Assembly: GCA_963752125.1 (NCBI GenBank)
Contig: CAVVXG010000035.1
Span: forward strand, 18,139-82,138
DNA: 64,000 nucleotides
Source of the DNA: an uncultured Pseudomonadota bacterium
GTDB taxonomy: Bacteria > Pseudomonadota > Gammaproteobacteria > Steroidobacterales > Steroidobacteraceae
Direction: 5' to 3'
A model generated the notes under the pieces. The model did no database searches. It was given only the letters and a program-made list of their open reading frames with translations, and had not been told where the DNA came from. The position numbers and the translations under genes were made by a program. Below, piece by piece: positions 42,860 through 54,131 of the stretch (its first letter is position 1; each line of letters opens with the position of its first letter).

Positions 42860-44868
42860 GTCGTATCGACCTGATCGTTCCTGATATCGGTAATGCTCAC
42901 GACGTCGATGTCGTCGATGTCCTCGTGAAGCCCGGTGATGTTGTCGAGGTGGACACTCCACTGGTTACACTTGAGACCGACAAAGCATCGATGGACGTGC
43001 CCTCGGCTTCGGCGGGCACCATCGCTGAGGTCCTTCTTAAGCGCGGCGACAAGGTCTCCGCGGGCGCGGTGATCGCGCGCGTCGAGACCAACTCACAGGC
43101 GGACGCCAAGGGCGCACCTGCAGGAGTAAACGCCTCGAGCGCAGCAACTGCAGCCTCAGCCGCTGCGCGAGCGCCCGCTGTTGCCACCGCAGCGACGGAA
43201 GATGCAACATTCGCGGCGTCATTCGACGCCGACGAGTTGGAACGAACGGTTACGCAGCCGATCCTCAAAGGTGGCGCCGCGCTGTCATCGCTCGGAAACG
43301 GTGCGTCGCAACCTGCGGCTCGCTCCGAACCCGGTGCCGCTCCGGCCGCGCGCGCCCCGGGAGCGCCCGATGCAGCTCCGCTCACCGCCCGTCCGGAGTC
43401 GGCGGGCGACACCGTTCGGATGCCTATTCCAGACCTGAGCCGTGGTCCACGCGACGCCGATTTCAATCGCTCCACGCAGTTGCTCGTGTTGGGTTCTGGT
43501 CCCGGCGGTTATACGGCTGCTTTTCGAGCGGCGGATCTCGGCTTGCAAGTGACGCTGGTCGAGCGCTGGTCGAGCCTCGGCGGCGTTTGTTTGAACGTGG
43601 GTTGCATCCCTTCGAAGGCACTTCTGCACGCTGCCAAGGTCATCGAGGACGCTGAGGCGATGTCCGAGCATGGCATCGCCTTCGGGGCTCCTGCACTTGA
43701 TCTCGACAAGCTGCGTGCCTGGAAGGGGGCGGTTGTCAAGAAATTGACCGGCGGCCTGCGTGTGTTGGCGAAGCAGCGCAAAGTTGAGGTCGTGCAGGGC
43801 ACGGGGCGGTTCGTGAGCCCGAATGTCCTGGAAGTCATGGGCAACAGTGGCTCTGAGCGCATTCGCTTCGACCAATGCATCATCGCGGCCGGTTCCGAGG
43901 CGGCGCGTCTGCCCGGATTGCCCGACGACAAGCGCATCATGGATTCCACCGATGCGCTGGAGTTGCCCGAATTCTCCGCTGGCCTGCTGGTCATCGGCGG
44001 CGGCATCATCGGGTTGGAGATGGCCTGTGTGTACGATGCCCTGGGAAGTCGTGTCAGTGTCGTGGAGCTTACTCCGCAGCTGATGCCTGGCTGTGACCCG
44101 GACCTCGTGCGGCCGCTGGAACGTAGGATTCGGGGGCGCTACGAGCAGATTCTGCTGGGCACGAAGGTCACGAAGGTCGAGGCCTTGTCCGAAGGCTTGC
44201 GTGTGACATTCGAGGGCGAGAAGGCTCCGGGCCCGACGGTGTTTGAGCGGATTCTCGTCGCCGTTGGCAGGGTGCCGAACGGCAAGGCCATCGGCGCGGA
44301 TGCGGCGGGCGTCAACGTGTCCGACAGGGGCTTTATCCCTGTGGATAAGCAAATGCGGACCAACGTGCCGCATATTTTCGCAATCGGTGATATCGCTTCA
44401 ATGCCCATGTTGGCACACAAGGCGATGCATGAAGCCAAGGTCGCCGCCGAGGTGGCTGCGGGCGAGAAGCGCGCGTTCGATGTTCGCGCGATTCCATCCG
44501 TTGCCTATACGGATCCGGAGATTGCCTGGGTGGGGCTCACGGAAACCGACGCCAAGGCGAAGAGCATCCCGTTCAAGAAGGGCTCGTTCCCGTGGGTGGC
44601 CAACGGCCGCTCGCTCTCGCTGGGTCGGGATGAGGGCTTCACAAAAATTCTGTTCGACCCCGAGACCCATCGCGTGTTGGGCGGTGGCATCGTCGGTACT
44701 AACGCCGGAGAGCTGATCAGCGAGATCGCTCTGGCGGTCGAGACCGGCTGCGACGCGGCGGATGTGGGGCTTACGATCCACCCGCATCCGACCCTCTCGG
44801 AGACGGTGGCCGCCGCGGCTGACGCGTTCGAAGGCACTCTGACCGACCTGTATATCCCGAGAAAGTAG
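42856..44868 (+). CDS. lpdA: Dihydrolipoyl dehydrogenase (E3) with an N-terminal lipoyl domain
   Basis: 4-nt overlap with aceF. N-terminal LVTLETDKASMDVPS lipoyl motif, Ala-rich linker, then GSGPGGYTAAFRAADLG, the redox disulfide GGVCLNVGCIPSK, and C-terminal HPHPTLSE. Confidence 0.92.
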   Translation: MSRIDLIVPDIGNAHDVDVVDVLVKPGDVVEVDTPLVTLETDKASMDVPSASAGTIAEVLLKRGDKVSAGAVIARVETNSQADAKGAPAGVNASSAATAASAAARAPAVATAATEDATFAASFDADELERTVTQPILKGGAALSSLGNGASQPAARSEPGAAPAARAPGAPDAAPLTARPESAGDTVRMPIPDLSRGPRDADFNRSTQLLVLGSGPGGYTAAFRAADLGLQVTLVERWSSLGGVCLNVGCIPSKALLHAAKVIEDAEAMSEHGIAFGAPALDLDKLRAWKGAVVKKLTGGLRVLAKQRKVEVVQGTGRFVSPNVLEVMGNSGSERIRFDQCIIAAGSEAARLPGLPDDKRIMDSTDALELPEFSAGLLVIGGGIIGLEMACVYDALGSRVSVVELTPQLMPGCDPDLVRPLERRIRGRYEQILLGTKVTKVEALSEGLRVTFEGEKAPGPTVFERILVAVGRVPNGKAIGADAAGVNVSDRGFIPVDKQMRTNVPHIFAIGDIASMPMLAHKAMHEAKVAAEVAAGEKRAFDVRAIPSVAYTDPEIAWVGLTETDAKAKSIPFKKGSFPWVANGRSLSLGRDEGFTKILFDPETHRVLGGGIVGTNAGELISEIALAVETGCDAADVGLTIHPHPTLSETVAAAADAFEGTLTDLYIPRK

Positions 44869-45122
44869 TGCTTCGCCGCGCGGTATCGTGGAAGGATGCC
44901 GCTGTGGGCGCGACGCATGTGCCGCACGGTTGGGCCGCGACTGGGGCGGGCGTGGGCGAACAAAGCGTGCGGGCCGAACGACTACGCTGTAGGCGATCAC
45001 CACCCAGATAGGCTCCGTGCCATCTGCCTGCGGTCCGGGTGCGCGTTGAACTTCGCTGTGGCGGCACGGTCGGATGTCAGTCTGGCGCTCCGGGAGTCCA
45101 CGCGGTGGCAAATGACCAGCTG

Positions 45123-46139
45123 ATGTCGCTCTCGCTACCCTCGCGGGTGCCGCGCTGGCTTTATTCACGACCCTTTCTCCTCGCTGCCGCCTTGGGTTGG
45201 TTGAACATTCACCAACGCCACCGGTTTCTGTTTCCCGCCGCGGTGCTGCTGGTGGCTCTTGTCGCCGGGCTGCTGACTGTGCCGGTCGTCGGTCAAGCCT
45301 TCGAGATCGCGGCCGTCTACCCGGTCACACCGTTCGTTTCTCTGGCCGCGGCCTGCGCGATCGCTACCAGCCGTCGTAAAGCGTGCTTACAGGCGAGTGT
45401 GGTCGATTCCTGGCTGGCGCCCTTGGGATCGCCGCCGTCACTCGCTCTGAGAGGGCTACTCGCGCCTGTTTTGCAGCTGGCTGTTTTGTTGTTGGCCATA
45501 GCCATCCCATTTCTCGCCGGCTCATTGAGTTTGACTGGCGCTGTAACCCTGTGGTCGACCGCAGGCGCCGCTTATCTCGTCGGTGTTGCCTTTGGGTCGT
45601 TATCGCGCCATGACGCGGCGGTCGGCGGCAGAGATTTTCACTATGTCGAAGTGCGCAAGCCGCGGATGAATTGGGCACAGGCCCCGCAGCTGCGGCCTCT
45701 GTCGTTTTGGGCCGTGGGACAGGCGCGGGTGTTCGCCAAGCCGAAGGTCACCGCCGGGGCGTTGCTGTTCGTGCTGCTCGCGATTCCAATGGGTACCCAC
45801 GGCGAGCAGGTCATTGCCATCGCTGCTGGAGTTTGGGTGCTGCTGTATGTCGTGGCGCAGTTGATTGCGTCGATTTTGGTTGCTTTCAGGGCGGCGCGAT
45901 GGCTAGCGCCCACGACAGTTGGTTACGCTCACTTTACTGCGGCGCTGGCTCATAGGGTGTTGCTGGCGCAGCTGTGGACGTGGGTGTGGGTCGTCTTCCT
46001 GACGTCCGCGGCGGCATTGCCGGCGCTGCTGCAGCGGTCGGCAATAACCCTGGCGGTCTTTTTCATGCTGTTGTCCTGCGCCGGCATTGCTGTCGCAAGC
46101 TGGCTTGCCTTGAGACTTGTGGGGATGCGCACGCCATGA
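45123..46139 (+). CDS. Polytopic membrane protein, uncharacterized
   Basis: About 338 aa from ATG 45123, highly hydrophobic. The stop overlaps the ATG of the ABC ATPase gene (ATGA at 46136-46139). Confidence 0.55.
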   Translation: MSLSLPSRVPRWLYSRPFLLAAALGWLNIHQRHRFLFPAAVLLVALVAGLLTVPVVGQAFEIAAVYPVTPFVSLAAACAIATSRRKACLQASVVDSWLAPLGSPPSLALRGLLAPVLQLAVLLLAIAIPFLAGSLSLTGAVTLWSTAGAAYLVGVAFGSLSRHDAAVGGRDFHYVEVRKPRMNWAQAPQLRPLSFWAVGQARVFAKPKVTAGALLFVLLAIPMGTHGEQVIAIAAGVWVLLYVVAQLIASILVAFRAARWLAPTTVGYAHFTAALAHRVLLAQLWTWVWVVFLTSAAALPALLQRSAITLAVFFMLLSCAGIAVASWLALRLVGMRTP

Positions 46140-46954
46140 CAAAACCGTCGGGGACGGTTTTGGACGGCGAACGCCGGCCCGAAGGGCAAGGCGCAGGGAC
46201 GGCGCCTTGCACTGCCGCAGCCGTTGCCTTGAGCGTCGAGCACTTGCACGCCGGCTATGAAAAGCACCGCGTGCTGATCGATGTAAATCTGACTGTCGCA
46301 CGCGGCGAGTGGGTGGCGCTTCTCGGTCCGAACGCGAGCGGTAAAACGACACTGCTTCACTGCGTGGTGGGCACGATGACTCCTGCTTCAGGGACTATTG
46401 TCGTCTGTGGCCATCCTCTGCGTAGCGATCCTGCGGGGGCGAAGGGCAGGTTTGGATTTGCCTGTGCGCCTGAGCGCCTGCCGGGACTGTTGACCGGCAG
46501 ACAGTGTCTGGAGGTTTACGCGGCAGCGAAAGGATTGTCCGCCATTGGCGCGGATGTGTTGCAGTTGGCGGAAAGTTTCCAGTACTTGGCCATGCTCGAC
46601 CGATTTGTTGCGGCGTATTCACTGGGGACGCGGCAAAAGCTGGCGGTTCTACTCGCGTTGCTGGGTGAGCCACAGTTGGTTGTGCTCGACGAGGCGTTCA
46701 ACGGCCTCGATCCCGCAAGCGCCCTGGCGTTGAAGCATTTCTTGCGGGATCGCGTGTCCGCGGGGAAGTGCAGCGTGCTGTTGGCCACACACGCTCTCGA
46801 TATCGTCGAACGCTACGCCGACCGCGCCGCCTTGTTGCTGAACGGGCGTATTGCCCACGAATGGCGTAAGGATGAGCTCGCGGCGATGCGCGCGAAGTCG
46901 GAGGAAGGGTTCGAGGCAGCGCTGGCCGCCGTGGCGGTGGAGGTGGCAGAGTGA
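46136..46954 (+). CDS. ABC transporter ATP-binding protein
   Basis: Walker A GPNASGKTTLL, signature YSLGTRQKL, Walker B LVVLDEAFNGLD. Confidence 0.85.
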   Translation: MTKPSGTVLDGERRPEGQGAGTAPCTAAAVALSVEHLHAGYEKHRVLIDVNLTVARGEWVALLGPNASGKTTLLHCVVGTMTPASGTIVVCGHPLRSDPAGAKGRFGFACAPERLPGLLTGRQCLEVYAAAKGLSAIGADVLQLAESFQYLAMLDRFVAAYSLGTRQKLAVLLALLGEPQLVVLDEAFNGLDPASALALKHFLRDRVSAGKCSVLLATHALDIVERYADRAALLLNGRIAHEWRKDELAAMRAKSEEGFEAALAAVAVEVAE

Positions 46955-46964
46955 GGCCTGGACC

Positions 46965-47396
46965 CTAGAGTTTGCGCAGCCGCTCCAGATACGCCTGCTC
47001 ATCTGGCATGCGCCCTTGCCGCTGTGCTTCCCAGAGCGCTTCAGCGAGGGGTTCCAACATGGCGTGCTCTGCCGCATGGGCGCCACTGAAGCGTGCGGAC
47101 AGCTTTGCGTGGATCGCGGCAATGCCCGCTGGCCGGTTGGTCGCGACCTGCTCGCGGATCGCCAGATGTAGCCCCATGTGGAGGAACGGATTTTCGCGCC
47201 CGCCCTCGGGCGTGAACTCCGCGCCCAACGTGTCTGTGTCCGATTCCAGCCACTCCACGTACTCGGGATGCTCTGCGATCACGGCCGCCAACTGCGCTTC
47301 CAGCGGCTCAAGCGGCGCGCGCGCGCTGAATTTGCGCCACGCCTCCAGGTACATCCGGCGCATCTGCTCGCGATTTTGGCCTGCAAAGACTGGCAT
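46965..47396 (-). CDS. DUF1841-family protein
   Basis: 143 aa: ...NPFLHMGLHLAIREQVATNRPAGI..., recalled DUF1841 signature. Confidence 0.65.
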   Translation of the reverse strand: MPVFAGQNREQMRRMYLEAWRKFSARAPLEPLEAQLAAVIAEHPEYVEWLESDTDTLGAEFTPEGGRENPFLHMGLHLAIREQVATNRPAGIAAIHAKLSARFSGAHAAEHAMLEPLAEALWEAQRQGRMPDEQAYLERLRKL

Positions 47397-47400
47397 GGTG

Positions 47401-48126
47401 TTATTTCAACAACCTCAGCGGCACCCGCTGTGTCTTCTTGCGGGCGCCAGGCTTGTCGTGAGCCAGCGGTGCGTCGGAGCGCTTCAGCTGCGGCGGTGGA
47501 GTCTTGTGAGGATATTCACAAAGGTCCCTGATGATGCACTTCGGGCAGGCCGGTAGCCGCGCCGTACAAACATAACGCCCGTGGAGCAACAACCAGTGAT
47601 GCGCATTTTTTTTGAACTCATCCGGCGTGTTGCTCATCAGCGCATCCTCGACGGCGCGAGGCGTCTTTCCGGGTGCCAGGCCGGTACGGTTGGCGACGCG
47701 GAAGATGTGCGTGTCGACAGCGATCTCGAGATGGCCAAATACCATATTGAGCACCACGCTGGCGGTTTTCCGGCCTACGCCCGGCAGCGCTTCCAGGGCT
47801 TCGCGGTCGGCCGGCACCTTGCCGCCATGCAGGTCGATGAGCTGTTGACTGAGCCCGATCAGGTTTTTGGTCTTGGCGTTATAGAGCCCTACGGTTTTGA
47901 GATAGGGTTTCACGCCGTCCTCGCCGAGCGCCACGATGGCCTCGGGGGTGTTGGCGACCGGAAAGAGTTTTCGGGTCGCTGCGTTCACGCTTTTATCGGT
48001 CGTATGCGCCGAGAGCATGACTGCGACGAGCAGCTCGTACGGCGTGTTGTAAAGAAGCTCCGTCGTCGGCTCTGGATTGGCTTCCTGCAGACGGCGATAG
48101 ATGGCTTTACGTGTGGCCGGATGCAT
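47401..48126 (-). CDS. nth: Endonuclease III
   Basis: ...[17 protein letters not shown]...[14 protein letters not shown]...VDTHIFRV... and the Fe-S cluster [19 protein letters not shown]. It has a basic C-terminal tail. Confidence 0.9.
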   Translation of the reverse strand: MHPATRKAIYRRLQEANPEPTTELLYNTPYELLVAVMLSAHTTDKSVNAATRKLFPVANTPEAIVALGEDGVKPYLKTVGLYNAKTKNLIGLSQQLIDLHGGKVPADREALEALPGVGRKTASVVLNMVFGHLEIAVDTHIFRVANRTGLAPGKTPRAVEDALMSNTPDEFKKNAHHWLLLHGRYVCTARLPACPKCIIRDLCEYPHKTPPPQLKRSDAPLAHDKPGARKKTQRVPLRLLK

Positions 48127-48670
48127 TCTTCTGGCGCCTCACCGCTTGTTTTCGCGCCGCCAGGATCGCGGCTTGTTCTTCGGTACGGCGCCTCATGCGC
48201 ACAGTGTGAGCGTGGAAGCGCTCTCGATTCGCAGCCGGCTGCGGCTCGGGTGGCGCGTCAACGAGAGTCTCCCGACTCACCATCTTTATGCAATCCACCG
48301 GGCAAGGCGACACACACAGCTCACATCCTGTGCAGAGTTCCGTGAGCACCGTATGCATTTGCTTGCGCGTGCCCACAATGGCATCGACTGGGCAGGGCGG
48401 CAGGCATTTCGCGCATCCTATGCAGACAGTTTCGTCGATTTGAGCGACCAACGCCGTGCCTTCAACACCATTCAAAGGGTTGAGCGGTAACACTTCCCGG
48501 TGCAGGAGTGAGGCAAGCGCGACGATGGTTGTGCTGCCCCCGGGAGGGCACTGATTGATTGCCGCCGTGCCGGCCGCGATCGCTTCGGCGTACGGACGAC
48601 ATGCGCTGTAGCTGCAACGCGTGCACTGTGTCTGTGGCAACAGTGCATCGATGTCGTCGGCGCCAACCAT
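48107..48670 (-). CDS. RnfB/RsxB-like ferredoxin (soluble form, no membrane anchor; no other rnf genes in window)
   Basis: ...[21 protein letters not shown]...CPPGG... plus two 4Fe-4S motifs [12 protein letters not shown] and [12 protein letters not shown]. Confidence 0.75.
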   Translation of the reverse strand: MVGADDIDALLPQTQCTRCSYSACRPYAEAIAAGTAAINQCPPGGSTTIVALASLLHREVLPLNPLNGVEGTALVAQIDETVCIGCAKCLPPCPVDAIVGTRKQMHTVLTELCTGCELCVSPCPVDCIKMVSRETLVDAPPEPQPAANRERFHAHTVRMRRRTEEQAAILAARKQAVRRQKNASGHT

Positions 48671-50906
48671 TTAGCTGATCTTCATTCCCGGCGTCGCACC
48701 GGCGTCGGGTGAGAGCAGGAACAAGCCGGGGTTTTCACCGCTCGCCGCCAGTACCATGCCTTGCGAGACGCCGAATTTCATCTTGCGCGGCGCCAGGTTG
48801 GCCACGACCACCGTAAGCCGGTCTTTTAACTTCGCCGGGTCGTAGGCGGACTTGATGCCGGCAAACACAGTGCGGGTCTCGGATCCGAGGTCGAGAGTGA
48901 GCTTGAGCAGCTTGTCGGCACCTTCGACGTGCTCCGCGTTGACGATGCGGGCGACGCGCAGGTCGACCTTCTTGAATTCGTCGATGGAGAGGGTTGTTGG
49001 CGCGCCTGCGCCGTCGCCCGAGTTTGCCGCAGCCGCAGGGCTTAAGCTGGTGCCTCCAGTGGTCGCTCCAGCTACGCCTTTCGCCGCCCCGCCGGAGTTC
49101 ACCTGCGCCGCCGCGCCGCTCGGTCCGTCCCCGGTTCCTCCGGCCGCGGCTACCTTGCCGCTGCCTTGGCCCTTCTTTCCTTGGGGTTTCCCGGCCTGCG
49201 CCGCGACGCCGGCAGCGTCTGCCACTGGCTCCGCATCAAACAATGCATCCAACTGCTTAGGATCCACCCGCGTCATCAAATGCTGATACGCATTGACGCG
49301 CGTCGGCAAGACTTCCGCATCACTCCAGCGGAACGGGCGATCGAGCCCGAACAGCTCCTTTGCGGCCCGCTCCGTCACCTGCGGCAACACCGGCGCCAGC
49401 AGCACGCTCAACAGTTTGAATCCCTGCAGCGCGCGTGAGCACACGTCCTGCAGCTCGGGATAGTTGGCTGGATCCTTCGCCAATATCCACGGCTGATGTG
49501 CGTCGAAGTCCTGATTGATCCGGTCGGCGATCGCCATTGCATCCCGCATGGCTTTACCCAACTCGCGCGCCTCGTAGTTTTCCCGCGCGAGGGTCGCTTG
49601 TGCGTGCGCCTGCTGCACGAGGAGTGCGGTGTCGCCCTGATACTTCAGCTCACCGCCAAAGTACTTGGTGATGAAGTTCGCCGCGCGGCTTGCGATGTTG
49701 ACGTACTTGCCGACGAGGTCACTGTTTACGCGAGCGATGAAGTCTTCCGGATTGAAATCGAGGTCCTCGACATTCGAATTCAACTTCGCCGCGATGTAAT
49801 AGCGCAGCCACTCCGCGTTCATGCCGACATCGAGGTAGCGCAGCGGGCTGATGCCCGTGCCGCGCGACTTCGACATCTTTTCGCCGGACACGGTGATGAA
49901 GCCGTGCACATACACGTGATCCGGCACCTTGTACGGTTTGCCCGCGAACTTCAGCATCGCGGGCCAGAACAGCGTGTGGAAATAGATGATGTCCTTGCCG
50001 ATGAAGTGCACCTGCTCGGTGTCGGGCGCCGCCAGAAACTCCTCGAAGCTGCGCGGTTCGCCGTTCGCGCGCGCCTTGCCGGTCTCGAAGTAGTTCTTGA
50101 GCGACGCGAGATAGCCGATCGGGGCATCCAGCCAGACGTAAAAATACTTCCCCGGAGCCTCGGGAATCGGAATGCCGAAATAGGGCGCATCGCGCGAAAT
50201 ATCCCAATCGCCCAACGCCTGGTCGCCCTTGCCTGAGAGCCACTCCTTCGCCTTGTTGATGACCTGCTGTTGCAGCCGACCCGGCGCCTCGAGCCAGGTG
50301 CGCAGGAACTCAATGCAGCTGCGGGTTGGAAAGCTGGAAGAAGTAATGATCCGAGCTCTTCAGGACCGGCTTCGCGCCCGAGAGGGTCGAGTACGGGTTG
50401 ATGAGGTCGGTGGGCGAGTACACGGTGCTGCACACTTCGCAGGCATCGCCGTACTGGTCCTTCGAGTGACAGTTGGGGCATTCGCCCTTGATGTAGCGGT
50501 CAGGGAGGAACATCCCTTTGACGGGATCGTAAAACTGCTCCACCGGCTTGACGTAAATGAGCCCGGCTCTCTTCAGTCTGCCGTAGACATCCTGCGACAG
50601 CGCTACGTTCTCGGGAGAGTCCGTGGAGTGCCAATGGTCGAAGCTGATATGAAAGCCGCGCAGATACTGCGGCCTACCTGCGGCAATCCGCGCCACGAGC
50701 TCCTGGGGCGTAATCCCCTCGGCCTCCGCCTTGAGCATGATCGGCGCGCCATGCGCGTCATCCGCGCACACGAAGTGCACCTCATTTCCCAGCATCCTTT
50801 GGAATCGCACCCAGATGTCGGCCTGGATGTACTCCATGATGTGCCCGATGTGAAACGGGCCGTTGGCGTAGGGGAGGGCGGTGGTGACGAAGAATTTGCG
50901 TGGCAT
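48671..50906 (-). pseudogene. metG: Methionine--tRNA ligase interrupted by an apparent single-nucleotide frame break near 50318 (probably an assembly indel rather than a dead gene)
   Basis: N-terminal ORF 50310-50906 ([14 protein letters not shown]..., zinc knuckle [17 protein letters not shown]) ends ...[10 protein letters not shown]-stop. The next frame continues ...[48 protein letters not shown] (own translation) into ORF 48671-50215 with its C-terminal tRNA-binding domain. Confidence 0.9.
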
Positions 50907-50973
50907 ATCGGTAGCTTACAGGGGGAGGTCGAGGTGAAACAGCCTCGCCGCGCAGCGCGTCGCCGCCGATCGG

Positions 50974-51593
<620 letters not shown>

Positions 51594-51714
51594 TCAGTAT
51601 AGAGCGATCCGGACTCAGCGTCACGGCGCCATTTTTGGGCTTTCCACGCAAAAAACGCGGCGTAACTAGCGTCCGGAAACGCACGCCTAACTGGCGTCGG
51701 GAAACGCGCGCAGC

Positions 51715-52776
51715 CTAGCCAGCTTCCTTCAACGCCTCGAATTTGGCCTTGTTGATGGCCTTCTTATAGGCCTCTTTGCCGGTGATCTGCCGGCTGTCGA
51801 GCAGCTGTTGGATCGCGGTGTCCATGGGGCGCATGCCGAACTGGCCGCCGGCCTGCATGACGTTCTCGAGCTGGTCGAGCTTGCCCTGGCGGATGAGGTT
51901 GGCGGCGGCCGGCGTATTCACGAGAATCTCGAGGGCCGCGACGCGGCCCTGCTTGTCGGAGCGTTGCAGCAGCTGCTGCGACACGACGCCTCGCAGGGAG
52001 GTTGAGATCATGGTCCGCACATGCGACTGCTTGTCGGCGGGGAACACGTTGATGATGCGGTCGACTGTTGGCGCCGCGCCGTTGGTATGCAGGGTTCCCA
52101 TGACGAGAATACCCATCTCGGCCGCGGTCACCGCGATGCTCATGGTCTCGAGATCGCGCAACTCGCCTACCAGAATGACATCCGGGTCCTCGCGCAAGGC
52201 CGAGTGCAGCGCGGCAGCGAAAGTCGGCGTGTGCACGCCGATCTCGCGTTGGCTGATGAGGCAGCTCTTGCGCTGATGCACGAACTCGATCGGGTCCTCG
52301 ATGGTGAGAATGTGGCCCTTCATTCGCGTGTTGATATCGTCGATCATCGCCGCGAGCGTGGTCGACTTGCCCGAGCCCGTCTTGCCGGTGACGAGAATGA
52401 GGCCGTTGTTCGCGCGACACATCTGCCGCACGGCATCGGGAGTCTTGAGCTCATCCAACGTGTATGCTTTGGACGGGATCACCCGGAAAACCGCGCCCAT
52501 GCCGTTCAGCTGGCGCATCACATTGACACGGAAGCGCCCCCGGTCAGGCAGAGTGTAGGCAAAGTCCGCGCCGTCCTTCGACTCGAAGCGCTCCAGCGCC
52601 GGCTTCGGCATGATCTCGTAGAGCGCCTGTTTGACGGCATCCGCCGCGAGCTTATCCGGGCGCAGCGGCATCAAATCGCCGTACAGGCGAACGCGCGGCG
52701 GGTCGCCCGCGATGAAGTGCAGGTCGGAGCCTTTCTTTTCCAGAACTTCCAACAGGAAGGCGTCGATTTCGGCCAC
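51715..52776 (-). CDS. PilT-family (type IV pilus retraction-type) hexameric ATPase, copy B
   Basis: 353 aa: Walker A GKTGSGKSTT, ILTIEDPIEFVH, ALREDPDVILVGELRD, and AAANLIRQGK near the C-terminus. Confidence 0.85.
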   Translation of the reverse strand: MAEIDAFLLEVLEKKGSDLHFIAGDPPRVRLYGDLMPLRPDKLAADAVKQALYEIMPKPALERFESKDGADFAYTLPDRGRFRVNVMRQLNGMGAVFRVIPSKAYTLDELKTPDAVRQMCRANNGLILVTGKTGSGKSTTLAAMIDDINTRMKGHILTIEDPIEFVHQRKSCLISQREIGVHTPTFAAALHSALREDPDVILVGELRDLETMSIAVTAAEMGILVMGTLHTNGAAPTVDRIINVFPADKQSHVRTMISTSLRGVVSQQLLQRSDKQGRVAALEILVNTPAAANLIRQGKLDQLENVMQAGGQFGMRPMDTAIQQLLDSRQITGKEAYKKAINKAKFEALKEAG

Positions 52777-52786
52777 GATGGTCGCT

Positions 52787-53914
52787 TCAGGAGGTGGAGG
52801 TCGATGAGGTCGCGGCCGGCGTCTGGCCGGTGACGTCGAGCTTGGGCAGCATGTTGGTGTCGGTCACGAACTTCTGCAAGGCGCGCTTGTCCGTTGCGTA
52901 TCCGTAGGCATCATCGGGGTCGATCTCGCGCGCCGTGACGGCCGCCAGCAGCGCCTGGTCGAAGAGTTGCATGCCCAGGTCCCTACCCATCTGCATCTGG
53001 CTCGGGATCTGGTGTGTCTGGTCGGTCTGAATGAGCTTCGCGACCGCCTTGGTCATCATCAACACTTCGCAGATGGCCTTGCGCCCGCGCGCATCCGCGG
53101 TTTTGACCAGAATCTGGGTGACCACGGCCAACAAGCTCTGTGACAGAAAGGCCTTGGTCTGCTCGCGCTCCTCCACCGGAAGAGCGTCGATGATGCGGTC
53201 GACCGTCTTCACCGCGCTCGTGGTGTGAAGCGTACCGAGCACGAGGTGACCGGTTTCCGCGGCAGTCATGGCCATGGAGATCGTTTCAGCATCGCGTAAC
53301 TCGCCGACGAGAATGACATCGGGGTCTTCGCGCATCGCCGCCCGGACGCCTTCGGCGAAGGTTGGAATATGTGTGTTGAGCTCGCGCTGAATGACCTGAC
53401 TATTCTTGCTGCGGTGAACGAACTCGATCGGGTCCTCGAGGCTGATGATGTTCAGTTTCCGGGTGGTGTTGAGGTGGTCGATCATCGCTGCCAGCGTGGT
53501 CGACTTTCCGGTACCGGTGGAGCCGGTCACCAGAATCATGCCTTGGTGAAAATCGCAGAGTTTGGTGACGACGGACGGAAGCGCGAGCTTCTCAAGAGAC
53601 GGCACCTCGGACGGAATCGACCGGAAGGTTGCGCCCACGCCGGTCTCCTTGCGGTAGACGTTGACACGGAAGCGTCCACCTTCGCCCGAAACGTAGGAGA
53701 AATCGAGGTCGTTTCCCTTGGAGAACTGTTCCGCCTGCGACCGCGTCAGGATCTCGGCGATATAGCCCTCCAGCTCAGCCTGCCGCAGCTCGCGGAACTT
53801 GATAGGCATGAGGTCGCCGTGCATACGGAGCATGGGCGGCACGCCGACGGCCAAATGCACGTCAGAGCAGCCCTGCTGCGTTCCCAGCTTCAGGAACGCG
53901 TCAATACGCGCCAA
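52787..53914 (-). CDS. PilT-family hexameric ATPase, copy A
   Basis: 375 aa: Walker A GSTGTGKSTT, ISLEDPIEFVH, AMREDPDVILVGELRD, AAETGHLVLGTLHTTSA. It has a Thr/Ser-rich C-terminal tail. Confidence 0.85.
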   Translation of the reverse strand: MARIDAFLKLGTQQGCSDVHLAVGVPPMLRMHGDLMPIKFRELRQAELEGYIAEILTRSQAEQFSKGNDLDFSYVSGEGGRFRVNVYRKETGVGATFRSIPSEVPSLEKLALPSVVTKLCDFHQGMILVTGSTGTGKSTTLAAMIDHLNTTRKLNIISLEDPIEFVHRSKNSQVIQRELNTHIPTFAEGVRAAMREDPDVILVGELRDAETISMAMTAAETGHLVLGTLHTTSAVKTVDRIIDALPVEEREQTKAFLSQSLLAVVTQILVKTADARGRKAICEVLMMTKAVAKLIQTDQTHQIPSQMQMGRDLGMQLFDQALLAAVTAREIDPDDAYGYATDKRALQKFVTDTNMLPKLDVTGQTPAATSSTSTS

Positions 53915-54131
53915 GGTCGCACCTCGAAGTTTCTATAGGACGCTGTTTAGCCCGTGCCGGGCAGGGTAATCAACAGCTTGTGACAGGAAATTTGACCTAA
54001 CGCACGCAGTTTAGCTGAGGGTCGTAGGACTTGACATAAGTCTTTGCCTTGGCCGCGTCCATTGGGCCTGAAACTCGAGCGCCCAAGGCAGTCGGGTTGG
54101 GCCGGGCCGCGTAGGTCGAGCCGCGCAGGCC

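Noticed and set aside
50300-50330. The metG frame break considered as programmed ribosomal frameshifting.
   Set aside because: There is no slippery heptamer or downstream structure at the site, and no precedent known to me for MetRS. An indel error or a simple mutation is more parsimonious.
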